DNA of 10,572 nucleotides from Candidatus Zixiibacteriota bacterium (GCA_041742355.1 JBGSIV010000132.1:1-10572); one strand, 5' to 3'. Counted from the first letter of the stretch, positions 1 through 7,120 are shown. Notes: generated by a model not told the origin, from the letters alone. A program made the numbers and translations.

Positions 1-1318
1 GCGCCTGTCGGACGAACGCCAGCCGCCGGAACGGGGAAACCACCGGCCGAATCCGTCGCGCCCGGCGAATTCCGGCTGCCCGCCGGTGCAGCCGGTGGAA
101 CTCGCGGTAGAACTCCCGCAGCGGCAGCCGGGTGGGGAAGAGGCTGTGCGCCAGATCGAACAGGCGGGTGTCATGTGAAAGCAGTTCTCCCTGCACATCC
201 TCATAGAACCGGGTGCCCGGGAACGGCGTGAGAATCGTGAACTCGAAGTAGTAGATCTTCATCCGATCCATGTACTCGAGTATGCGGTCGAAGTCCGGCC
301 GCGTGTATCCCGGCTCGATCATGAAAGCCCCCAGCGGATCCACCCGGTTGGCGTGGAGAATCTCGATCGCCCGGTTGTTCTCGGCCACCGATCCTTTTTT
401 GTTCAATGCCTTGAGCTCATCGTCCGTCGGCGATTCCAACCCGAGAAACACCTTCTTGAGACCCACGCCCGCCCACTGCTCGACCAGCTCCGGATGCTTC
501 ACGATGTCATCTGCACGGCTCAGAACATAGAACTGCTTCTGGAGCCTTTCCTGTTCGATCAGGGCCGCAATCCGCCCGGCATGGCGGTGATCGAAAAAGA
601 GGTTGTCATCGCCGATGTACACATAGGGCTCGGCAATTCGGCGCAGCTCCTCCACCACTAATTCGGGTGATCGACGCAACACCCGCCGCCCGGTCAACAC
701 CGGACAGGGACAGAAACTGCACGCGTGCGGACAGCCCACCGATGTCACCATGAGGGCCACCGGTTTCCACACAAGGTGATGGTACCGGCTGCGGTACGAC
801 GCTGTGAGGTCGCGCCGTGGCAATCGCAACTGATCGAGATCGCAGAGTGGCGCCGCCGGTGCCGTCGATATCCACTCGCCGCCGCCCCGCACCTTCAACC
901 CGGGGATACTCCCGAGCGGTCGCTTCCGCTCAATGGCATCGACCAACCTGCCGAAGACCGCCGTGCCATGGCCGGAAACCACTACATCCACCTGATCCCG
1001 GAAGAAATCCCCCGGGACGAGAGTCGCGTGGGCGCCTCCGACCACTGTGACAGCGTCGGGGAACACCTGCTTCACGTACCCCAGCACCGCGAGCATCCGG
1101 CTGGTGTGTATCACCGTGCCCGTTATGCCCACGACATCCGGCCGAGAGTCCCGTATCACCCTCTGCCAGTGTTTCTCGATCTTCATATCGAGAATCCGCA
1201 CATCGTGATGATCCAGTTCCGCCGCAAGGTACTCAAGCTGGAGCGGCTCGACATTGATCAGACCGCCCGGAACGATCGACAGGCGATCAGTATCGGGATA
1301 AATGAGAAGGACGTTCAT
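1..1318 (-). CDS. Cobalamin (B12)-binding domain radical SAM protein, class B methyltransferase-like, HpnR-like; 3' end truncated by the window edge (439 codons visible)
   Basis: Manual translation from ATG at 1318 (MNVLLIYPDTDRLSIVPGGLINVEPLQLEYLAAEL...) is open to the window edge. SD GGAGGT lies at 1331-1326, 7 nt upstream. N-terminal B12-domain motifs EPLQLEYLAA, PDVVGITG, VVGGAHAT; radical SAM motif GCPHACSFC (C196/C200/C203, nt 733-710); also GDDNLF, VFLGLES, LTPFPGT and FDLAHSLFPTRLPLREFY. It is absent from the ORF track because no stop falls in the window. Confidence 0.93.
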   Translation of the reverse strand, partial: MNVLLIYPDTDRLSIVPGGLINVEPLQLEYLAAELDHHDVRILDMKIEKHWQRVIRDSRPDVVGITGTVIHTSRMLAVLGYVKQVFPDAVTVVGGAHATLVPGDFFRDQVDVVVSGHGTAVFGRLVDAIERKRPLGSIPGLKVRGGGEWISTAPAAPLCDLDQLRLPRRDLTASYRSRYHHLVWKPVALMVTSVGCPHACSFCPCPVLTGRRVLRRSPELVVEELRRIAEPYVYIGDDNLFFDHRHAGRIAALIEQERLQKQFYVLSRADDIVKHPELVEQWAGVGLKKVFLGLESPTDDELKALNKKGSVAENNRAIEILHANRVDPLGAFMIEPGYTRPDFDRILEYMDRMKIYYFEFTILTPFPGTRFYEDVQGELLSHDTRLFDLAHSLFPTRLPLREFYREFHRLHRRAAGIRRARRIRPVVSPFRRLAFVRQA

Positions 1319-1330
1319 ACGCTGCACCTC

Positions 1331-1483
1331 CGGGCACAGGCAACGCACGCAGTGTGCCGACCGCGAGTCTCTCTCCCGCGAATCCCCAAGCCCATGTACC
1401 CCATGCGGGTGGACGATTGTACGGGATCCCGCTGCACACCCGCCGCTGGTTACCGGCTACCGACAGTGGATAGCCTGTGCCCG
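1331..1483 (-). repeat. Perfect 11-bp inverted repeat (CGGGCACAGGC / GCCTGTGCCCG) enclosing smaller stem-loops in the radical SAM leader
   Basis: Arms at 1331-1341 and 1473-1483 are exact reverse complements. The downstream arm on the - strand includes the first G of the SD. Confidence 0.6.
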
Positions 1484-1533
1484 ATATTCGTTACCGAAAG
1501 GTGCCCCGGCATACTCCCCGATCCTCTGAACCG

Positions 1534-1562
1534 TTGACAGGAACGCAATGTGGTTATATTAT
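1534..1562 (+). promoter_or_regulatory. sigma70-type promoter for the dockerin-domain gene
   Basis: TTGACA (1534-1539), 17-nt spacer, TATTAT (1557-1562). SD GAGGA at 1601-1605 precedes ATG 1612. Confidence 0.75.
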
Positions 1563-1566
1563 ACCA
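1558..1566 (-). promoter_or_regulatory. Extended -10 promoter, probably for the radical SAM gene
   Basis: The - strand reads TGGTATAAT (TGn + TATAAT) at 1566-1558 and overlaps the + strand -10 box. Confidence 0.6.
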
Positions 1567-1611
1567 CTATACACCGAACGTCCCGCCTTCTTGGATCAGT
1601 GAGGAAACGTC

Positions 1612-2580
1612 ATGGTACCTGCCCTGCGCTGCTTGTCTGTCCTGGCTCTGGCTCTGTTCCTGATCGCGGATACGTATGCCGTCACCGCCGACCACTCCAG
1701 CGTGAGCCAGTTCGCCTCGATACCCCCGGCCACGGTCGAACAGGTACAGACTCAGTACCGCATCTTCTACGGCCACACCTCCCACGGCTCCCAGATCGTC
1801 ACCGGCATGCAGATGGTCCTTGCCGAAAACGCCCTCTACGAATTCCCCGGCCTTACGGAATATGGTTCCGACCTCGGATCCGGCGGCGACCTCACCTGGG
1901 CGACCGTCACCCGGAACCACCTGAACCAGCCCGGTAACTCGACCAATCTCGTTATCTGGTCCTGGTGCGGCGGCGTCTCCTCCACCAACGAGGAAGGCAT
2001 CAACGCCTACCTGAACGAGATGAACTCCCTCGAAGCCGAGTATCCTGAAGTGAAGTTCATCTATATGACCGGCCACCTCGATGGCACCGGGCCGACCGGC
2101 AATCTGTATCTCCGCAACAACCAGATCCGCGCCTTCTGCACCCTCCACAACAAGGCGCTCTTTGATTTTGCCGATATCGAAAGTTACGACCCCGACGGTG
2201 GCTACTACCCCGATGAAACCGACGCCTGCTATTGGTGTGCGGATTGGTGCGCCGCGCACACTTGCCCTGCCTGCGGCGACTGCGCGCACTCGCACTGCTT
2301 CAACTGCTATCAGAAAGGCAAAGCGTTCTGGTGGCTCCTCGCCCGCCTGACCGGCTGGCAGGAAACAGCCTGTTGTGAACGGCGCGGCGACTTGAACGAC
2401 GACGGCTCGCTCGCTGTCAACGACCTCACCTTCCTCGTCGGCTACCTCTTCCGGGGTGGCGCTGCCCCGTCCTGCGGAGGCAACGCCGATGTCACCGGCG
2501 ACGGTAGCACGAATGTGAGTGACCTGACGTTTCTGGTGAGCTATCTCTTCCGCAGCGGTTCGGCGCCGGGCGCCTGCTGA
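1612..2580 (+). CDS. Secreted protein: signal peptide, putative SGNH-hydrolase-like domain with Cys/His-rich segment, C-terminal dockerin type I-like domain (322 aa)
   Basis: N-terminal hydrophobic signal (LSVLALALFLIADTYA). Core motifs FYGHTSHGSQI, WSWCG, YMTGHLDG, LFDFADIESYDPDG, CAHS...KGKAFWWLLARLTGW. Two Ca-loop repeats at the C-terminus. Good SD and promoter. The SGNH assignment is inference. Confidence 0.85.
   Translation: MVPALRCLSVLALALFLIADTYAVTADHSSVSQFASIPPATVEQVQTQYRIFYGHTSHGSQIVTGMQMVLAENALYEFPGLTEYGSDLGSGGDLTWATVTRNHLNQPGNSTNLVIWSWCGGVSSTNEEGINAYLNEMNSLEAEYPEVKFIYMTGHLDGTGPTGNLYLRNNQIRAFCTLHNKALFDFADIESYDPDGGYYPDETDACYWCADWCAAHTCPACGDCAHSHCFNCYQKGKAFWWLLARLTGWQETACCERRGDLNDDGSLAVNDLTFLVGYLFRGGAAPSCGGNADVTGDGSTNVSDLTFLVSYLFRSGSAPGAC
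2371..2577 (+). other. Dockerin type I-like domain (duplicated EF-hand-like repeat)
   Basis: GDLNDDGSLAVNDLTFLVGYLFRGGAAP and ADVTGDGSTNVSDLTFLVSYLFRSGSAP, bracketed by CC...C...C. Confidence 0.85.
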
Positions 2581-2594
2581 TCGGGCGTCCCGGC
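2565..2594 (+). terminator. GC-rich hairpin spanning the stop codon between convergent genes; possible terminator or stabiliser
   Basis: GCCGGG-CGCCTG / CGGGCG-t-CCCGGC forms 12 bp with one G-U pair and one bulge, loop CTGAT. No U-tract follows directly. Confidence 0.3.
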
Positions 2595-2610
2595 AGAACT
2601 GCTATTTCTC

Positions 2611-5600
2611 TCACCGGTCGACCGGAAACGCCTCGTGCTGCGGCCATTCCCTCGGCTCGTGCTTGATCTTCTCCAGCAGCACCTCGATCCCCTTCATGAG
2701 CTGGGCATCGTACCCCCGCGCCACCTCGGCCGGATGCAGGTCGACCGTGATATCAGGCTCGACGCCTTCGTTCTCCACCACCCACTTGCCATTGGGGTCG
2801 TAGATGCGGTAATCCGGGGCGGAGACTCCGCCGCCGTCCACCAGGTCGATCCCCATGGAAATGCCGACCAGGCCTCCCCATGTCCGCGTGCCGATTACCG
2901 GCCCCAGCTTCTGCTGCTGGAACTGCCACGGCACTTCGTCGCCGCCGGATCCCGCCTGCCGATTGGTCAGGCAGGCCAGGTGGGCTGTGGTCACCACCGA
3001 CGGCTCTGTCTGATCGTGCGAGTACCGGCGCGTCCAGTACGACAGCAGCTCTTTTTTCAGCCGCTGGAAGAAGATATCCGGATCAAGGTCCCCGCCGTTG
3101 AACCGCCCGTCGACAATCAGCCCCTGCTTGCGGGTCTGGCCGTAGAAGAACTTCGGGAACTCCTGCGCCGACTCCGTCCACGTGTCCGGCAGGTGAATGT
3201 AGCCGATCTTCCCCCCCGAGACTTCCTCGCACACCTTTCGATTGTGTTCGGTCCAGTCGAGGTAGCGCAGCGGGTACTCGTCGGCCAGCGGTTGCACCGT
3301 ATACTCCCGCGCCCCTTTGGTCGTCGGGCGGCTGTTCACCAACAGCGTCACCTGCTTGTCGGCCATATCCTGGAAATAGCTGTAGATATCCGCGTCGGCC
3401 GTCACCTCCCGGTGATTCACCTGCAGCAGGTAGTCCCCGTCGGCCACCTGCACACCCGGCCGCGCCAGCGGCGGGAATATTCCCCGGGTCCAGTCGGCCA
3501 CTCGGAAGATCTTCCTGAATCGATAGCGGTTCGCGGTTTGATCCACCTCCCAGTCGACTCCCAGCATCCCCGTGTTGATCTCTTCGGCTTTGCGCTGCCG
3601 GTCGCCGCCGCCGACATACGTGTGCGACGTGCTCAACTCCGCAATCAGCTCCCCGATGATATACCCGATATCCTGCCGGCACGAGGCATAGGGGAGAAGT
3701 CGCCCGTACTTTTCGCGCAACGCCGGCCAGTCTAAACCGTGCATATTCGGGTCACAGTAGAAATCCCGCTCCATTCGCCAGGCCTCGTTGTACATTTGCG
3801 TCCACTCGGCCAGCGGATCGAGCAGCATCTTCATCCCCGAGAGGTCAAGCGCATCCTCGTCTGCTTCGACCTCAGGTGAATCCTCGTCTGCGTCCTCCCG
3901 GACAATCGCCGTCCGGGTGTCCGATCCAATGATCCCGATCTCATCCTCCCGGCGGTAGATGATGTGGGAACCATCCGCCGATAAACGATAGCCCTTGAGT
4001 CCCTCGATCACCGGCTCCTGCTCCCGTTCTTCCAGCGAGAACGCCCATAACGTCCGCGGCCCGAGCGGACGATACTCGAAACGATTAAAATCACCGGTGT
4101 CGGCATTCAGGTAGTAGATCGTGCTGTCGCCGGCCGCGAGGCTGCGGTAATTGCCCGCCGGCAGCGGCAGCATTTCGATTCGCTCCGCCAGTCCCTCAAA
4201 ATCAATCCGCACCAACGGCGACGTCACGGCCTTCGAGGCCGCGTCTTTCGCTTGCACGGCGCTGTCGACCGGCTCTTCGTCGCTCCGAAACGGCAGCAGC
4301 GGCTGCCCGTCTCTCTGCAACGTCAGCGCGCAGATACCGGCGGCATTCTTGTACACCATCTCCCATTCAAAGTCGCAGAAGGTGGGGGAGAAGCGCCGAT
4401 TCGAGATAAACAGCAAGTGCTTGCCGTCGCGGGTGAACTGCGGCCCGAAATCGCTGAACAGGTCGCCGCTCGCCAGGTGCGAACGTCCTTCCTCCAGCGA
4501 GTACACGTAGATCTTGGAGAGCAGGTCCGCGTCCATTTTGGCATACGCGATATACCGGCTGTCGGGCGACCACGCGTAATCGTAGATCGGCTTCAAATCC
4601 AGCGATACGTCGACATCCTCATACTCCGCCTTGTCGACCTTGACCGTCTTCCGCGTCGCGATATCGACATAGTAAAGCGTGAGCGTCTGGTCGGTGAACG
4701 CCAGTTTCCTGCTGTCGGGCGACCAGCCGAGCGTGTGACGGTATCCGTCGGCATGCTGGGTAAGGCGCAGCGGTTCCGTCTTACCCAGCGGATCAACCAG
4801 GTAGATCTCGTATTCCCCGCTGTCATCGGAGAAGTAGGCGATATACCGGCCGTCCGGCGACCAGACCGCACCCCGCGCGCGTGCGCCGCTGGAGTTGGTC
4901 AGGTTGCGCGTCTCGCCGTCCTCTTGCGGCACCGTGAACACTTCGCCCCGCGCCGTGACCACCGCCCGCTTGCCGGTCGGGGAGACATCAAACTCCGTCA
5001 CGAACTTGTCCACCGCCTTCAGGTACGGCCGAACCTCCGGGCGGTCATTCCTGATTTCCACCGGCACGCGGGCCGTCTGTCCACTCGTCGCCTCCAGCAC
5101 CCACAACTCGCCTCCCAGTTCATAGATGATCCGGCTCCCGAACATGCTCGGGCGGCGGACATCGTACCCGGTGTGCGTCGTGATCTGCTCGACCCGGGCC
5201 GTCTTCGTGTCATAGGCGTAGATATTCAGCACGCGGTCGCGGTCGGAGCAGAAGTAGATGCGGTCATCGAACCACATCGGGTTGCGATCCGTTCCCCGGA
5301 AATCCGTAATCTGCCGCTCCTCGTTGGTGAGCAGATCATACGAATAGATGTCCTCGGCCGTGCCCCCCGTGTACCGTTTCCATGTCGCGTCATCGCGGGT
5401 GATTTTCGTATACGCAATCTTGTCCCCGTCAGGAGAGAAGCTCCCGACCGCGGCTTCATTGAGGATCAGCTCCTCCAGTCCCGTGCCATCGGGAGCGACC
5501 AGGAAGAGCCGGGTGAACCCGGCGTAACTTGAGCGCGACGACCGTAACAGGATTTTGTTCTTCTGCTGATTCCAGCCGACCACCACATCCTCACCCGGAT

Positions 5601-5964
5601 GATACGTGACGCGGCGGATATTCCCGCCGTAAGTATCCATCACATAGACATCCGGATTGCCGTCGTATTCCCCCGTGAACGCAATCAGCGACCCGTCCGG
5701 CGAGAATTTCGGGTACTTCTCCTCGCCGTCGTGCACCGTGATGCGAACGGCCACTCCTCCCGATGCGGGCGCTGTCCAGATATCCGCGCCGTAAACGAAA
5801 GCGATCACGCTGTCGTGAATGTCCGGGTAGCGCATCAGCGGACGGTACTCCTCCTGCGCCCAGACCGCCTCCGCGGAGACAAGCATGATCAGTGCCGCTG
5901 CTGCCGGAGCAGCAAACCGGCGCATGAGCCGGGTGGTGAGATGCCGCACAAGTGGTGCAAACAC
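2611..5964 (-). CDS. Tricorn protease homolog (peptidase family S41), secreted; beta-propellers with PD40 repeats, C1, PDZ and catalytic domain (1117 aa)
   Basis: GTG start with SD AAAGGAG upstream and a signal peptide ending AVWA. Repeated FSPDG/WSPD propeller motifs; WRMERDFY.DPNMHGLDW; STSHTY (His781); GKIGYIHLPD; GLIVDGRFNGG; AGSGGD (Ser1006); GTRTWGG; VENEGVEPD. Confidence 0.96.
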   Translation of the reverse strand: MFAPLVRHLTTRLMRRFAAPAAAALIMLVSAEAVWAQEEYRPLMRYPDIHDSVIAFVYGADIWTAPASGGVAVRITVHDGEEKYPKFSPDGSLIAFTGEYDGNPDVYVMDTYGGNIRRVTYHPGEDVVVGWNQQKNKILLRSSRSSYAGFTRLFLVAPDGTGLEELILNEAAVGSFSPDGDKIAYTKITRDDATWKRYTGGTAEDIYSYDLLTNEERQITDFRGTDRNPMWFDDRIYFCSDRDRVLNIYAYDTKTARVEQITTHTGYDVRRPSMFGSRIIYELGGELWVLEATSGQTARVPVEIRNDRPEVRPYLKAVDKFVTEFDVSPTGKRAVVTARGEVFTVPQEDGETRNLTNSSGARARGAVWSPDGRYIAYFSDDSGEYEIYLVDPLGKTEPLRLTQHADGYRHTLGWSPDSRKLAFTDQTLTLYYVDIATRKTVKVDKAEYEDVDVSLDLKPIYDYAWSPDSRYIAYAKMDADLLSKIYVYSLEEGRSHLASGDLFSDFGPQFTRDGKHLLFISNRRFSPTFCDFEWEMVYKNAAGICALTLQRDGQPLLPFRSDEEPVDSAVQAKDAASKAVTSPLVRIDFEGLAERIEMLPLPAGNYRSLAAGDSTIYYLNADTGDFNRFEYRPLGPRTLWAFSLEEREQEPVIEGLKGYRLSADGSHIIYRREDEIGIIGSDTRTAIVREDADEDSPEVEADEDALDLSGMKMLLDPLAEWTQMYNEAWRMERDFYCDPNMHGLDWPALREKYGRLLPYASCRQDIGYIIGELIAELSTSHTYVGGGDRQRKAEEINTGMLGVDWEVDQTANRYRFRKIFRVADWTRGIFPPLARPGVQVADGDYLLQVNHREVTADADIYSYFQDMADKQVTLLVNSRPTTKGAREYTVQPLADEYPLRYLDWTEHNRKVCEEVSGGKIGYIHLPDTWTESAQEFPKFFYGQTRKQGLIVDGRFNGGDLDPDIFFQRLKKELLSYWTRRYSHDQTEPSVVTTAHLACLTNRQAGSGGDEVPWQFQQQKLGPVIGTRTWGGLVGISMGIDLVDGGGVSAPDYRIYDPNGKWVVENEGVEPDITVDLHPAEVARGYDAQLMKGIEVLLEKIKHEPREWPQHEAFPVDR

Positions 5965-6162
5965 GGTGGTACTCCTTTAGTATCCCTTCCCGGGGGGAGT
6001 GAGATGAAGATATTTCCGGTGTGAATGGAAGGCGTTGCCGTCGGCCCTCAGCCCGGGGGGCGGGGTGGGCGCGGATACGAGAATGCTCTTCAAATGAAGG
6101 GGGAGTGGGTCTTTGGCGCCTGTGTCACAGTCTGGCATGGTCGGCAGCAGCCTTTCTCTTGC

Positions 6163-6190
6163 GACCCTTTTTCCAGCCGGAAAAAGAGTC
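6163..6190 (-). promoter_or_regulatory. 12-bp stem-loop at the predicted 5' end of the protease transcript
   Basis: The - strand GACUCUUUUUCC-GGCU-GGAAAAAGGGUC pairs fully with one U-G wobble (a C/A mismatch on the + strand). It begins about 7 nt downstream of the -10 box. Confidence 0.55.
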
Positions 6191-6196
6191 AGGCCT

Positions 6197-6225
6197 ATCA
6201 TACCGTTCATGGACAAAAGGCGCAA
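6197..6225 (-). promoter_or_regulatory. sigma70-type promoter for the tricorn protease
   Basis: TTGCGC (6225-6220), 17-nt spacer, TATGAT (6202-6197). Confidence 0.6.
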
Positions 6226-6258
6226 CTCTAAAGCGCATCGAACTCCTGCCGAATCCCG

Positions 6259-6287
6259 TTGCGCACTTTCCGCGCGCACCGTAGCTT
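6259..6287 (+). promoter_or_regulatory. sigma70-type promoter for ddaH (and probably RDD)
   Basis: TTGCGC (6259-6264), 17-nt spacer, TAGCTT (6282-6287). SD GAGG at 6326-6329. Confidence 0.5.
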
Positions 6288-6334
6288 GGGTGGGAGACTG
6301 AAGTCCGAAACCGCTGTCGATTGCCGAGGCCACC

Positions 6335-7099
6335 ATGCGATTCACCCGCGCCATCGTCCGCCCCCCCGGCCGCTCGTTCATCCACGGCCTCTCCACTGCG
6401 GGGCTGGGCCCGCCCGACCACGACCTGGCTCTCCGCCAGCACGCTGCGTATGTCGACGCCCTCCGGACCTGCGGCCTTCAGGTTATCACCCTTCCTCCCG
6501 ACGAGCGGTATCCCGACTCCACCTTTGTCGAGGACACCGCCCTGCTGACACCGTCCTGTGCCGTCATCCTGCGCCCCGGCGCCGCTTCGCGGTGCGGTGA
6601 GACACTGGCTATCGAGCCGGTCGTGCGGGAGTTCTACGACGCTGTCGAACACATCGAACCCCCGGGCACGGTCGACGGCGGCGACATCATGATGGTCGGC
6701 GACCACTACTTCATCGGCCGCTCCGCCCGCACCAACGACCAGGGCGCCGCGCAGCTGCTCGCCATTCTCAACCGCCATGGCTACACCGGCTCGCTCGTCC
6801 CTCTTGCCGATACCCTTCACCTGAAGTCGGACATGTCCTATGTGGAGAATGAGACCGTGGTCGCGTTCGGCAAGCTAACGGCGGGGGAGGAGTTTGGCCG
6901 GTACCGTGCGATCCCAGTCGATCCGGCCGAGCGGTATGCCGCCAATTGCCTGTGGATCAACGGAACCGTTCTGATCGCGGCCGGACATCCGAAAACCGCA
7001 AGGGCCATCGCGGCCGTCGGTTATGACATGATAGAGCTGGATATGTCGGAGTACCGCAAGCTCGATGGCGGCCTGAGCTGTCTGTCGCTTCGTTTCTGA
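6335..7099 (+). CDS. ddaH: N(G),N(G)-dimethylarginine dimethylaminohydrolase (amidinotransferase/pentein superfamily)
   Basis: 254 aa. Motifs AIVRPP, QHAAYVDAL, YPDSTFVEDTA, RPGAASRCGE, VDGGDI, RTN, LHLKS (catalytic His), YAANC, KLDGGLSCLSLRF (catalytic Cys). Confidence 0.92.
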   Translation: MRFTRAIVRPPGRSFIHGLSTAGLGPPDHDLALRQHAAYVDALRTCGLQVITLPPDERYPDSTFVEDTALLTPSCAVILRPGAASRCGETLAIEPVVREFYDAVEHIEPPGTVDGGDIMMVGDHYFIGRSARTNDQGAAQLLAILNRHGYTGSLVPLADTLHLKSDMSYVENETVVAFGKLTAGEEFGRYRAIPVDPAERYAANCLWINGTVLIAAGHPKTARAIAAVGYDMIELDMSEYRKLDGGLSCLSLRF

Positions 7100-7120
7100 A
7101 ACATCGGGGTACGACCGATT

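Noticed and set aside
270..1537. + strand ORFs 270-530, 353-661, 725-1537, 817-1050, 1302-1529 and - strand 606-875
   Set aside because: Shadow or alternate frames of the radical SAM gene, with no recognisable motifs.
1319..1551. Canonical cobalamin riboswitch upstream of the B12 enzyme
   Set aside because: Only a CCACUG fragment is present. The GGGAA and full B12-box elements were not found by eye; an Rfam scan would settle it.
2227..2307. c-type cytochrome heme-binding motifs
   Set aside because: No CxxCH; the closest are CGDCAH and CADWCAAH.
2575..2610. TGC-TGA followed by a hairpin and an open downstream frame, suggesting selenocysteine readthrough
   Set aside because: The dockerin-like domain is complete at the terminal Cys, the stem includes the UGA rather than following it like a bacterial SECIS, and readthrough would run antisense into the protease.
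5914..5925. Twin-arginine (Tat) signal in the protease
   Set aside because: MRRFAA does not fit S/T-R-R-x-F-L; a Sec signal ending AVWA is more plausible.
2635..6024. Long + strand ORFs (2635-3735, 4252-5532, 5599-6024) and short alternate-frame ORFs inside the protease
   Set aside because: Antisense shadows expected from high-GC codon usage; the - strand frame carries all family motifs.
6052..6074. G-rich tract as a G-quadruplex
   Set aside because: Only three clearly separate runs of three or more G in a GC-rich genome; no independent support.
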